Shown here: positions 28,498 through 38,610 of the stretch, piece by piece
How the letters are laid out: every line of letters starts with the position of its first letter
Position numbering within the stretch: the stretch's first letter is position 1
Assembly (NCBI GenBank): GCA_013166775.1
Contig: JABLTJ010000008.1
Location: 1-64,000, forward strand
Origin: Promethearchaeati archaeon
GTDB lineage: Archaea > Asgardarchaeota > Heimdallarchaeia > Heimdallarchaeales > Heimdallarchaeaceae
DNA: 64,000 nt
Direction: 5' to 3'
Notes under the pieces: model-generated
What the model was told of the DNA's origin: nothing
Databases searched by the model: none
The model's input: only the letters and a program-made list of their open reading frames with translations
Made by a program: the position numbers and the translations under genes

Positions 28498-29898
28498 CTA
28501 ATTCAACTTTTGTGTTGCTTTCCTTGGAATGACTTTTCCTGTTCCTGCCTTTGCAGTTATCTTACCATCTTCGTAGACAACTTGCCCACGTCTAATAGTT
28601 ACTTTAGGCCATCCAGCGTATGATTGCCCATTATAAACAGAAAATCCTGCTTGTGAGAACATATCTTCATCTCTAATAACACGTTCTTCTTCTAAATCCC
28701 AAAGAACAAGATCAGCATCAGAACCAATTTGTATAGTTCCTTTTCTTGGATAGAGTCCAAACAGTTTTGCTACATTCGTTGATGTTAATTCAACAAATCT
28801 TTCTAAAGTAATTTTCCCAGAAGCAACACCTTTTGAGTAAAACATTGGCAACATGACTTGAAGTTCATTTATTCCTGGAACCAATTTGCTAATACTAAGT
28901 TCAGGATTCAGTTTTTGTTCTCGAGTGTGAGGTGCATGGTCGGTTGCTACAGTGCTTATTGATCCTTTTTTGACACCTTTCCAGAGCGCTTCTACATCTG
29001 ATTTTTCTCTTAATGGTGGTTGAACAACATAAAATGCTCCTTCTGGTTCGAGATATTTTTCTCTGGTTAGATAGAGAAAAATTGGTCTTCCTTCAACATA
29101 TACTGGTATATTCTGAACTTGAGCTTTTTCACAAATCTTGAGAGCTCCTTCTGAAGAAAGATGAACAACATAAATTGGAGCTCCAGTTGAATTTGATATC
29201 TCAACTGCCTTTTGTGTAGCAACTGTTTCTGATTCCACAGGTCTGCTATCAGCATAATACTTTAGTGATTCCTTCCCATCTTCAGTCATCTTTTCACAAG
29301 TTGTTTTAATAATCTCATTATCTTCACAATGTATCATTGAAAGCATTTCATTATTCTTTGCAGCTTGAATTGCTTTTATGTACATCTCCTCATTAGCATC
29401 ATAATCATCTGTAACCATGAAGATCTTTATTGTGTTACATCCTTTCTCCATCAACTTTGGGATTTCTTGAATTGTTTCGTCTGTTGGGGTAAATATTACT
29501 GGGTGGATAATGAAATCAGCAATTGCATGCTCGTTTATTGATTTCGTTTCTCTTTCAATAGTTCCTAATGGTTTTTCATCTTTATCTGGTACTGAAATGC
29601 AACCTAAAGTAGTTATTCCTCCTGCAAGTGCTGCTTTGGAACCACTCTCAAAATCATCAGACCATCGGAATTCCTTTGGAACATAATCAGGTAAAGAGAG
29701 ATGAACATGTGGATCTATTCCTCCTGGCATAATCACTAAATTCCCAGCATCAATCTCCTTTACTGATCTAGAAAAAGTTTTTAATTTCTGACCAATTTCA
29801 TTGATTTTTTCGTCAATGATTCGAATATCTGCTTTGATACGTCCTGTTTCAGTAAATATCAAACCATCTCGGATTACTATTTCACTCATATTATACAA
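28498..29898 (-). CDS. Dihydropyrimidinase / cyclic amidohydrolase
   Basis: PGGIDPHVH, AALAGG.TT, IKIFM, IHCE, VHLS, ATDHAP, GSDADLV. Confidence 0.9.
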   Translation of the reverse strand: MYNMSEIVIRDGLIFTETGRIKADIRIIDEKINEIGQKLKTFSRSVKEIDAGNLVIMPGGIDPHVHLSLPDYVPKEFRWSDDFESGSKAALAGGITTLGCISVPDKDEKPLGTIERETKSINEHAIADFIIHPVIFTPTDETIQEIPKLMEKGCNTIKIFMVTDDYDANEEMYIKAIQAAKNNEMLSMIHCEDNEIIKTTCEKMTEDGKESLKYYADSRPVESETVATQKAVEISNSTGAPIYVVHLSSEGALKICEKAQVQNIPVYVEGRPIFLYLTREKYLEPEGAFYVVQPPLREKSDVEALWKGVKKGSISTVATDHAPHTREQKLNPELSISKLVPGINELQVMLPMFYSKGVASGKITLERFVELTSTNVAKLFGLYPRKGTIQIGSDADLVLWDLEEERVIRDEDMFSQAGFSVYNGQSYAGWPKVTIRRGQVVYEDGKITAKAGTGKVIPRKATQKLN

Positions 29899-29916
29899 CT
29901 GCTATTCTTTCTGATT

Positions 29917-30297
29917 TTAAGATTGTTGGACTCCTGGCATCTTTCTATTTTCTGGTGTATCTTCATATATCCGCCATTCAGCTATAAGATTATCTCTGAT
30001 TTTTGCTGTCCAAACTGCAGGACCATCTAAAGGATCATGGGAGCATGTTGAATATCCCAGTAAGATGACAAAATTTTCTTGATTTTCAACTCTTGTAAAA
30101 ACATTCTGATAATCTGGGTACTCATCAAAGAATTCTTCCCAGCACTGTAACATGTGTTCTTTGCCATTGTGTACTTTTCCCAGAATATCGATGAACACAT
30201 GATCTTCTGTCATTAATTTTGCACACCCATCTACACTTCGAGCATTAATCTGTTCATTATAAAGAAGAGCAATAATCTTTGGATATCTTTCTTCCAT
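29917..30297 (-). CDS. NTF2/SnoaL-like protein
   Basis: EDHVFID..G....W..FF..YPDY...IAEWRIYED. Confidence 0.8.
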   Translation of the reverse strand: MEERYPKIIALLYNEQINARSVDGCAKLMTEDHVFIDILGKVHNGKEHMLQCWEEFFDEYPDYQNVFTRVENQENFVILLGYSTCSHDPLDGPAVWTAKIRDNLIAEWRIYEDTPENRKMPGVQQS

Positions 30298-30418
30298 ATG
30301 AAGACATTCTTTTTTACGAATTTAATGTTATTGTGAAAGAACTCTTGTGTGTTAAATAAAACTTTGAAATTCATCTAAAACTTTAATATTACTTCAGTAT
30401 TTCCGATATTGTTTAATT

Positions 30419-31795
30419 ATGAGCTCTAAATTTGCTACCAAATTCAAGGATTATCTTCCTGAAGCTAATCTGATGCCTTTATTAATTTCCTATCTGTTAG
30501 ATGCTCTCGCTATTTCTCTCTATTGGATTTTCTTCTCGATTTGGTTAAATGAAGAAGTAATTACTCCTGAAGCAGGTTATAATTACCCTTATCTCATGTT
30601 AGCAGTAGTTCTCTCACTCCCTGCATTTATTTCTATAATTGGCAGTTCTCTATTAAGTAGCTTTTCTGATAAAATCGGACGTAGAAAAGAGATCATGTTT
30701 TTTGTTCGACTGTTATTAGTGACACAATTTATTTTACTCATCTTCTTTAATAACTCAGCTTTGCAGATTATACTTATTTTAGCAGCTTTCAGTTTCCATA
30801 ATGTGTATTATATTTTACACAACGCTTTGAGTACATCAATTTGCCATCCAGATAAGAGAGGTCAAGTATCTAGTTTTCAACTTTTCTTTGCTAGTCTAGG
30901 ATGGATGATAGGGAGTAGCGTTTCGGGTGTGATTTTCAATAATCTAGGAATACTTGGAAGTTTGAGTTTTGGTGCAGGTTTTGCGTTATTAACTGGAGTT
31001 ACTGTCTTGTTGTCTCCAAGTAAACCAAAGGAAAATGAAACTAAAGAAGCAATTAAAGATGAAACTGAAGAATCTTATAGTTTACCAATAGCACCTAGTT
31101 TGCAAGCAAAACCAAATGCCGCTAAATATCCTTTTCCAATTAGTGTTAAATTGAAAAGAACAAAAAATAAATCAAGAAGCTATTGGCAGATACTTACAAG
31201 TAGAAGTATTATCTTCTTCCTACTGACTCTTGCTGTTTTGGATTTTGGAACGGGACCCTTTAATGCTATGTCCTCAGTTTATTTAAAAGGAGTAGGACTC
31301 CCTAACAACTTTATCGCTTTAGCAAATACTCTTGCAACTTTTATTGGAATGATTTTCCAAATCTTTCTTGGAGTAATTCTTGATAGGAGAGGAAGACGTC
31401 CAGTACTTCTAGTTGCTGTATTAGTATACCCAATATTGTTTTCCCTTATCTATGTACTATCAAATTACTGGATAGCTGTGTTTATCCTGTATTGCTATCC
31501 ACTTTATGCTTTAAGGAATCCAACAGCAAATTCCATTATGTCTGATTTAACAAATACAAAAGAAAGAGCAAGAGGTATGAGTCTTCTATCTTTTCAAAAC
31601 ACAATTTTTCTTTATCTAGGATCTTACATAGGCGCATTTATCGCAGACATATCAGCTCAAGGATTATACATATTTCCTATATTCCCAATAGCATTTGGAA
31701 CAATTGCTTTGTTTTTAGTATTTTTCTTTATAAAGGAAACTAATGTTAAATTACTTAAACCGTATGAAAACACAGTTAAATTACTTGCAGAGTGA
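30419..31795 (+). CDS. MFS transporter
   Basis: About 12 TM helices; SDKIGRRK and LDRRGRRP motif A. Confidence 0.92.
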   Translation: MSSKFATKFKDYLPEANLMPLLISYLLDALAISLYWIFFSIWLNEEVITPEAGYNYPYLMLAVVLSLPAFISIIGSSLLSSFSDKIGRRKEIMFFVRLLLVTQFILLIFFNNSALQIILILAAFSFHNVYYILHNALSTSICHPDKRGQVSSFQLFFASLGWMIGSSVSGVIFNNLGILGSLSFGAGFALLTGVTVLLSPSKPKENETKEAIKDETEESYSLPIAPSLQAKPNAAKYPFPISVKLKRTKNKSRSYWQILTSRSIIFFLLTLAVLDFGTGPFNAMSSVYLKGVGLPNNFIALANTLATFIGMIFQIFLGVILDRRGRRPVLLVAVLVYPILFSLIYVLSNYWIAVFILYCYPLYALRNPTANSIMSDLTNTKERARGMSLLSFQNTIFLYLGSYIGAFIADISAQGLYIFPIFPIAFGTIALFLVFFFIKETNVKLLKPYENTVKLLAE

Positions 31796-31812
31796 AAAAA
31801 CTGTAATTATTC

Positions 31813-32085
31813 TTAATCTATCTCCTTAACTTCTACGTAATCAATGGTAATGGTACTGATTGTTTCGATAACCTCTCCAATTATCTCAACTTTTTTATCA
31901 ATAAATTTGTGAAGATTTGGATCCTTTTGCCATAAATTAGTTTTTTTTCTTACTAATATCTCCTCCCATCTGGCTTTATATTCGTCCAGAGGTTGAAGAT
32001 AATATTCAGGACCAGCAGACAAAGTATCTTTTCCTACAAGTTTTTCTATTAAAACTCCTACAATCTTCCCTTTCATTTGTTTCAC
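31813..32085 (-). CDS. Small hypothetical protein (possibly OB-fold)
   Basis: 90-aa beta-rich ORF, KKVEIIGEV pattern. Confidence 0.6.
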   Translation of the reverse strand: MKQMKGKIVGVLIEKLVGKDTLSAGPEYYLQPLDEYKARWEEILVRKKTNLWQKDPNLHKFIDKKVEIIGEVIETISTITIDYVEVKEID

Positions 32086-32087
32086 AA

Positions 32088-32311
32088 TTATACGTTTACT
32101 TTGTAATCCCTAGATTTTAAATTTTCCACCCAATCTTTCAGATTATCATAAAACAATAAGATTTTTTTTGTACCTTTTTGTTTATTCCCAATTTCTTCAG
32201 ATTTCTAAGATTGCTAAGACTTTCCGGAAGTTCTTCCAATGGATTATTAAAAATCTGCAGCTCTACAAGATTAGTCTAGTTCCCTATATTTGCTGGTAAA
32301 GTAACGCTTAG
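32088..32311 (-). pseudogene. Leucine-rich-repeat protein 3' remnant
   Basis: Manual translation LSVTLPANIGN*TNLVELQIFNNPLEELPESLSNLRNLKKLGIN, then after a shift in the A-run ILLFYDNLKDWVENLKSRDYKVNV*. Confidence 0.75.
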
Positions 32312-32329
32312 CTAGTATCGATAAATAAC

Positions 32330-32896
32330 TTATTTTACAATATCTTTCAATATTTTATTGTTTTTCACTATTCCCCAAGCACAGAATTCGAGATTCTTCC
32401 AACGTAAGAATTGTTGATTATCTGGTATATTTAGCAAATGAGCAAAGTAGAGTGATAAGTTAATACCATGACAAACAATAAGAATCTTCCTATTTGAAAA
32501 CTCCAGATTCAAAGCTCTTACACCAACTAGAAATCTATCCAAAGTACTCTTTGCTGATTCCCAATTATCAGCACATTCTTCCTTATCCGTTAAAGCTCTC
32601 TCAACCTTTTTATCGTACTCACTTTTTCTTGTTTGATAAGAAAATCCTCTGTTCAACTCATTAAAACTAGCATTAGACTTAATCTTTTTATCTAGTTTTT
32701 TTGCGATGAAAGACGCTGTTTGTAAAGCTTTTTTCTCTGCTGATGAAATTATTATTTCTATATCATCAAATACTCCACTTTGTACTTTCTCTTTGATATT
32801 CTTGATTCCTTCTTCTGATAGATCCCACTGATCAGCTGGTTTAGATAAATCTACATTTGTTAAAGCATGTCTTAAGAAAATGAATTCATTTGACAT
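32330..32896 (-). CDS. Histidine phosphatase family protein
   Basis: FLRHA, SSAEKKALQTA, NELNR, IVCHG. Confidence 0.88.
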   Translation of the reverse strand: MSNEFIFLRHALTNVDLSKPADQWDLSEEGIKNIKEKVQSGVFDDIEIIISSAEKKALQTASFIAKKLDKKIKSNASFNELNRGFSYQTRKSEYDKKVERALTDKEECADNWESAKSTLDRFLVGVRALNLEFSNRKILIVCHGINLSLYFAHLLNIPDNQQFLRWKNLEFCAWGIVKNNKILKDIVK

Positions 32897-32900
32897 AAAT

Positions 32901-33476
32901 TTAAATTACCTCTCCAGTTATATCTCTTATAACTTCATTGTCTTTGACTATTCCCCATGCGCATTGTTTTAGTGATTTATACCTTGGAAATAGATTTGAC
33001 AAAGGTTCCTTTAACTGTTGAGTGAAATAAAGAGTCATAACTATACCATGGCTAACAATCAGAATTTTCTTGTGGTTATACTCACTGTTTATTCTATCAA
33101 TTGCCATTTGGTATCTTTTGTAAGCTTTATTTGCAGGTTCCCAGTTTGCTATATCTTTTTCATAATTTGTCAAAACGGATTCTGCAATTTCCATATATTC
33201 AGCAGAAGTTTCTATCAGTTCAGCTCCTTTTTCAATCTCATTTAAGTCTGGATTTGTAATGATTTCCTTATCTAAACGATTTGCAAGGAAATAGGCTGTT
33301 TGAATACACATTTTCTGTGAAGAAGAGATTATCACATTTACATCATCAAATATTCCCGCAGTAAATACTTCTTCTATGTACTTTAATCCTTCATCCGATA
33401 AAATCCACTTTTCAGAATGAGCATCAGTGTCTTTTTTGATTTTTGCATGTCTTAGAAAAATAATTGTGTTTTGCAT
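32901..33476 (-). CDS. Histidine phosphatase family protein (tandem paralog)
   Basis: MQNTIIFLRHA, SSSQKMCIQTA, IVSHG; ATG 33476 preferred as start. Confidence 0.88.
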   Translation of the reverse strand: MQNTIIFLRHAKIKKDTDAHSEKWILSDEGLKYIEEVFTAGIFDDVNVIISSSQKMCIQTAYFLANRLDKEIITNPDLNEIEKGAELIETSAEYMEIAESVLTNYEKDIANWEPANKAYKRYQMAIDRINSEYNHKKILIVSHGIVMTLYFTQQLKEPLSNLFPRYKSLKQCAWGIVKDNEVIRDITGEVI

Positions 33477-33680
33477 GTAATCAAAAGAAAACAGAAAGGA
33501 AAAATAAAAATCTTTTCTAAAGACCAATTATTGGAATGTCCACTCTAGATGATAGAAAGTAGAAGCCCCATTTCATCGTTTCGACCACTTATTTTATCTC
33601 AATACCATGAATATATTTTAAAAACTGATTGAACATAATGAAATAAGAAGCAATCCAATACTGGAAATGGATGTGAAAAA

Positions 33681-34360
33681 TTGTTCAAAATACATACGAT
33701 AAAATTTGGTTTTGTAAAAGTGTACCTCCTAGAAACAGAGAGTGGATTGGTTTTAATTGATACTGGTTTACCAAAAAGCGAAAATAAACTCTGGAAGTAT
33801 ATGGAAAACAAAAACTCAAACCTAAGGATATTAAACTAATCATTATTACTCATGGTCACCAAGATCATGTTGGAAGCTTAAGAGCAATTAAAAACAGAAC
33901 CAAAGCACAAATTCTTATTCATGCACATGATGGTTTATTACTGAATGCTGGAATAAGTCCCAAAGTCTATCCTACTATTTGGATTTTAAAGAAATTCTAT
34001 AACCCAGATAAAGAATTAAAAATTACACCAGTAAAATCTGATATTATAATTACTGATGAATATTCATTAGAAGAATTTGGTATTAATGGGAAAGTTATAC
34101 ACACCCCTGGGCATACAAAGGGTTCAATTACTGTGATAGTTGATTCAAAATATGCTTTTGTTGGAGATCTAGCTATGAAAATTCCTCCCTTATCTTTTTC
34201 ATATGAACCTATTATAGCTGAAAACTTGAAACAAGTATATTCTAGTTGGCAGAAGATTATTGATTATGGAGTAGAAGAAATTTACCCATCTCATGGAAAA
34301 ATTTTCAATATTAAATTATTGAGCAAAATTCTAAATAAAAGAAAAGGAAAAGAGAAGTGA
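33681..34360 (+). pseudogene. MBL-fold metallo-hydrolase with frameshift near 33805-33815
   Basis: VYLLETESGLVLIDTG in one frame; IIITHGHQDHVGS, HTPGHT, VGD, YPSHG in another; break at GAAAACAAAAACTC. Confidence 0.85.
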
Positions 34361-34364
34361 GATA

Positions 34365-36026
34365 TTATTCGTAGAGTTGTACTAAACGATCGATTACAAT
34401 ATCACTTCTATATTCAGGTAAGAGCATTGGAGCATAGCGTTTTTCTTTCAACCCTAAAGAATCTAGTGTCAAGGTATTTTTTCTAACATGGTCTAAAGAT
34501 AATTTTCCTACTTTGACCTTATTTATCTCTTTAGCCGCTTCTATACCTGCACGACGACCAAAAACATTGATTTCGAGGAGTGAATTACCCATAAGACGAT
34601 TCTTACCGTGAACCCCTCCTGAAACTTCTCCTGCAATCATCAGTCCAGGAATAGAACTATGACACCTTTCATCATGTAAAACTCCACCATTTTGATAATG
34701 GAGTGTTGGATAAATTAGAATTGGATCCACAGTCATATCTATACCAAAGCGTTGGAACATACGGTCCATTGCCGCGAGATTTTTCTTTATGGTTCCTTTC
34801 CCTCTGATTTCCTCAATTAAAGGAGAATCTAACCATACTCCTCTCATACCTGTAGGAGATTCGATGTAATTATCTGTATTATTACAACATCTAATAATTG
34901 CAGAAGCTTCAACGTCTCTAGGTTCCAATGGATAACAAACTTGCTCTCCGTTTCTTCCTAATACTTGAGCTCCTAATCCTCTAACCTTTTCAGTAATTAG
35001 AAGTCCAACGATTTGCTCTGGATATGCTGCTCCAGTAGGATGGAATTGGGTTGATTCAAGATTCCTTAGTTTTGCGTTAGCTCTATAAGCCATTAGTACT
35101 CCATCCATTGTCGCACCATAATGATTTGTTGTTGGAAATCCTGCAACGTGAAGTCTTCCAAATCCTCCGGTTGCCATAATAGTAGTTTTCGCTCTTACAA
35201 CGAAATATTGTTTTGTTTCAAGATGATAAAGAATAGCACCTGCAACTCTACCTGTTTCATCAGTTAACAATTCTATTGCGGGAGTGAACTCTAGTACTGG
35301 GATGTTAAGATTTCTAAATTCATCTCTTACAACTCTAAAGATTTCTAAACCTGTATAATCCTTTGAACTATGCATTCTAAATCTGGATGTACCTCCACCA
35401 GAAAGTACCATGAAATTCCCGTTTTCATCTAAATCATACATTACACCAAGATCTTTGTGCCATTTTAGAATTGTTGGCGCGTCACTAACTAGAGCTTTTG
35501 CTAATTCTGGAATATTATCAAAATGACCACCACCAACAGCATCAAGATAATGAATCAAAGGAGAATCCTCAGGCCTATCTGCAATTTGAATTCCTCCTTG
35601 TGCCATTACTGTGTTAGCATCACCGTGTCTTAGTTTACTACTAACAAGAATGTCTTCAGCAGGTACTCCTGAGTAATTAGCCCATATTGCAGCAGCAGTG
35701 CCAGCACCTCCAGCACCTATAATTAGAACTCCCACATCATAATCGATTTTTGAAAGATCAATTTCATCAGGATTGATAATCGGGTAAGATTCAAGAATAT
35801 TTGCAATTTCTTCAGGAACTATATCACCCTTGTTTTCTCCATATAGAAGAGCCCTTTTTACATCTGTTTTGTAGTCTGGATGGTTTTCTTTGAGAACCTT
35901 GTCACGTTCTTCCATTGTCATGTGAGGAAATGCTTCATTAATACGCTTGCTTCTAGTTTTATTGACATTTTCAATCGATTTTCTCATTTCTTCTGTATAT
36001 CCACCTATTAGTTTCATTTTTTGCAC
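34365..36026 (-). CDS. Fumarate reductase/succinate dehydrogenase-type flavoprotein (TfrA-like, soluble)
   Basis: GAGGAG, ANTVMAQGG, QFHPTG, TEKVRG, PRD, LHYQNGG, HGKNRLMGNSL. Confidence 0.88.
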   Translation of the reverse strand: MQKMKLIGGYTEEMRKSIENVNKTRSKRINEAFPHMTMEERDKVLKENHPDYKTDVKRALLYGENKGDIVPEEIANILESYPIINPDEIDLSKIDYDVGVLIIGAGGAGTAAAIWANYSGVPAEDILVSSKLRHGDANTVMAQGGIQIADRPEDSPLIHYLDAVGGGHFDNIPELAKALVSDAPTILKWHKDLGVMYDLDENGNFMVLSGGGTSRFRMHSSKDYTGLEIFRVVRDEFRNLNIPVLEFTPAIELLTDETGRVAGAILYHLETKQYFVVRAKTTIMATGGFGRLHVAGFPTTNHYGATMDGVLMAYRANAKLRNLESTQFHPTGAAYPEQIVGLLITEKVRGLGAQVLGRNGEQVCYPLEPRDVEASAIIRCCNNTDNYIESPTGMRGVWLDSPLIEEIRGKGTIKKNLAAMDRMFQRFGIDMTVDPILIYPTLHYQNGGVLHDERCHSSIPGLMIAGEVSGGVHGKNRLMGNSLLEINVFGRRAGIEAAKEINKVKVGKLSLDHVRKNTLTLDSLGLKEKRYAPMLLPEYRSDIVIDRLVQLYE

Positions 36027-36030
36027 CTCT

Positions 36031-36747
36031 TCAATTTGTCTCCTTATCTCTATTCTTGTATTTCTCTTCTAGTTCATCTTTTGATAAAGAGAATAATTCT
36101 TTGAATCCATCTTCATAAATTCCATCATCAATTTCCTTAATCCTCTCACCGAGATAAGAAGGTGTTTTCATTATGTATCTTCCATAGAGTCTTCTGACTA
36201 ACTGTGCTACATGGTACTGTGGTATCTCTGCAGGACATCGTATAACACACAGACCGCAGCTTACACAGTCGAAGCTTTCCTCAGCTGCTTTGTCAATTTG
36301 ACCTTGAAGACTGTGTTGAATATAATCCATTACTTTGATATCTTGCGGACATACTTTACTACAAGCATTGCAACTTAGACATCTAGCTACTTCCGGGAAG
36401 TAACGAAGAACTGCATTAGCAGATGCGACTAAATTATTGATATCATATACAGGTCTATCTGCTGGTACGAATGGTAATTGTGTTAGAAACATCCCCTCTT
36501 CAACCATGGTTTGACAAGCAAGTGCTGTGTAGATGTGGAAGTCACCTTCCTTTCTATAAACTGTGGAACATGCTCCACAGAAACCTGCTCTACATCCTGA
36601 ACCTCTTGTAAACTTATAGCCTACAAATTCCATAGCTTTCATTATAGTTAATGTTGCTGGAACCTCATAGACTTGCCCCATTATGTATATCTTAACTTTA
36701 TAATTTTCTTCTTTCTCGTTTTCTGTTATAGTTTTTATTTTAGACAT
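36031..36747 (-). CDS. Fumarate reductase-type iron-sulfur subunit
   Basis: [2Fe-2S] CRAGFCGAC..ACQ; two 4Fe-4S motifs CLSCNACSKVCP and CVSCGLCVIRCP. Confidence 0.85.
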   Translation of the reverse strand: MSKIKTITENEKEENYKVKIYIMGQVYEVPATLTIMKAMEFVGYKFTRGSGCRAGFCGACSTVYRKEGDFHIYTALACQTMVEEGMFLTQLPFVPADRPVYDINNLVASANAVLRYFPEVARCLSCNACSKVCPQDIKVMDYIQHSLQGQIDKAAEESFDCVSCGLCVIRCPAEIPQYHVAQLVRRLYGRYIMKTPSYLGERIKEIDDGIYEDGFKELFSLSKDELEEKYKNRDKETN

Positions 36748-36756
36748 TTTAATCCT

Positions 36757-37656
36757 CTACAACAATTTTAACTCCTCTAATAGAATTCTAGGATCAATTT
36801 CATGATCCTCAAAATGGTTAATCTCCAATGATTCACCAAAGGCTAATGCCATTAGTTGACTGAAATAAAACACAGGTAAAGAATCTTTTCTTCCTGTTTT
36901 TTCATCTATTACTTTTTGTTGCTGATCTATATTATAAGCACATAAAGGACATGCTACTGCAAGTGCATTAGCTCCTCGTACTCTTGCTGCTTCAACAATT
37001 TTCTCTACTTGACCTGCAACTATATCTTCCTGATCCACTATATGATATGATCCACAACAATACTTGAATAATGGAGAGAAAATAGCTTCTGCTCCAAGGC
37101 TTTCCATTAAGTCTTCAAGAACTGTTGGCATTTCTATATCATCAATTTTTGCTTTTTCTGGATGCAATAACATACATCCATAATATGGAGATACTTTTAA
37201 TCCTTCTAACGGTTTAACAACATTACTCCTTATTTGTTCAAAACCAATGCTATCTCTTAACACTTCAAGAAAGTGTTTTACTTCCATGTCAATTGAATAA
37301 GTTTCATTATCTTCTTCTAGTTGAAAGTTTATTGTTTCTAAATCATCAGGATTTTCCTTGACTTCTTCATTAACAATTTTCAAAGTACTATTACACATTG
37401 AACAAAGAGTAACGACATGGTTTGATGTGTCTTTTAGATCCTCCAAATGATTTTTAGAACGAGCTAATACTCTTACTGGAGCAATACGTTTCATCAAATT
37501 ATCTGTGGTCATTGTATGAACAGTCCCACAACAATTCCAGTTTGGGATTTCAACAAGTTCTGAATTTAGTTTTTTACTCACAGCAATAGCTGTTTCCTCA
37601 AATCCTTTCGCGTTAGTTTTCAAGTTACAGCCTGGAAAGTAGGAATATTGTACCAT
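36757..37656 (-). CDS. hdrB: Heterodisulfide reductase subunit B
   Basis: Two CCG domains: YFPGC/WNCCG/CSMC and YYGC/YCCG/ACPLC. Confidence 0.92.
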   Translation of the reverse strand: MVQYSYFPGCNLKTNAKGFEETAIAVSKKLNSELVEIPNWNCCGTVHTMTTDNLMKRIAPVRVLARSKNHLEDLKDTSNHVVTLCSMCNSTLKIVNEEVKENPDDLETINFQLEEDNETYSIDMEVKHFLEVLRDSIGFEQIRSNVVKPLEGLKVSPYYGCMLLHPEKAKIDDIEMPTVLEDLMESLGAEAIFSPLFKYCCGSYHIVDQEDIVAGQVEKIVEAARVRGANALAVACPLCAYNIDQQQKVIDEKTGRKDSLPVFYFSQLMALAFGESLEINHFEDHEIDPRILLEELKLL

Positions 37657-37662
37657 CTATAA

Positions 37663-38073
37663 TCACCCTGTTTTTTTGCGAAAACTTCCAACCAGTGCTA
37701 TGTTGGGAAGCTTATTTAATACATCCTTAGGAATATCAGCTATTTTCATTTTTTCAGGTTCTTCTCTCAAGATATATTCACGTACAGCCTCCATTAGAGC
37801 TGCCACATCTATTTCACGAGGACAACGTATTGTGCAAGTGAGACAACTTGCACATATCCAATGTGTATTTGCTTTGAGAACTTTTTCCTTTTGTCCCATC
37901 TGAATGAAATGAATAAGTTGGTTAACTGTTTTATCCATTTTATTACTGAATGCACATCCCGCAGAACATTTACCACATTGATAGCAGCTATAGATATTCT
38001 GACCTGAAATTTCCTGTATTTTCTCTATGAAGTCTTTTTCTTCTTGTCCGAATTTAATATATTCATAAGACAT
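37663..38073 (-). CDS. hdrC: Heterodisulfide reductase subunit C
   Basis: CYQCGKCSAGC, WICASCLTCTIRCPR. Confidence 0.92.
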   Translation of the reverse strand: MSYEYIKFGQEEKDFIEKIQEISGQNIYSCYQCGKCSAGCAFSNKMDKTVNQLIHFIQMGQKEKVLKANTHWICASCLTCTIRCPREIDVAALMEAVREYILREEPEKMKIADIPKDVLNKLPNIALVGSFRKKTG

Positions 38074-38557
38074 TGGTTTTTATCTCCTCTTTTGTTTTTT
38101 GGAGAATAACATTATACACTTGCTTAACGATTTCATCAAACTTACTTTTTAGTTCTTTTGATAGCTCATCATTAAATTCCATTACATTTATTATTTCTAT
38201 ACCAAGAATAATAATATCTTCTGGTATGTCATCATGTACTTGTTTACAAAATTCTAAAGCTGTGAAGAAATCCATATTATGATAATCTGAAATATGCAAA
38301 GCACTTGCAAAATCATCCGGTTTAAGTTCTACAACAGTTCCTTTTTGATAATTTCTTGTTTGAATTGAATCAACAAGAATAATTTTGTCGTAACCTTTGA
38401 ACAACTCTACAAGTCCAATCCCCCCTACTGAAACATCTCCAATAACTTCAACACTACTTGGAAGAGAAAGTGTCTTTTGAATGAAGTCGACAACTTTGAT
38501 TCCTACCCCATCATCTCCAACTATAGGGTTTCCTAAACCAATCAAAGCTATTTTCAT
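38063..38557 (-). CDS. Hydrogenase maturation protease
   Basis: GLGNPIVGDDGVG, VDSI, H. Confidence 0.92.
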   Translation of the reverse strand: MKIALIGLGNPIVGDDGVGIKVVDFIQKTLSLPSSVEVIGDVSVGGIGLVELFKGYDKIILVDSIQTRNYQKGTVVELKPDDFASALHISDYHNMDFFTALEFCKQVHDDIPEDIIILGIEIINVMEFNDELSKELKSKFDEIVKQVYNVILQKTKEEIKTNVL

Positions 38558-38610
38558 TCTGTTCTCCTCATTTTGTTCATTCCAGTTATTGAATCCGTTT
38601 ATTATAATCC

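Noticed and set aside
16646-32278. Selenocysteine/pyrrolysine or genetic-code reassignment explaining the in-frame stops
   Set aside because: The stops are of all three types and at non-catalytic positions; all three codons end normal genes here; HdrA, MvhD and MvhA ORFs are uninterrupted and use Cys
33530-33600. Possible hammerhead-like RNA (CGAAAC on the minus strand)
   Set aside because: No CUGANGA core or supporting stems
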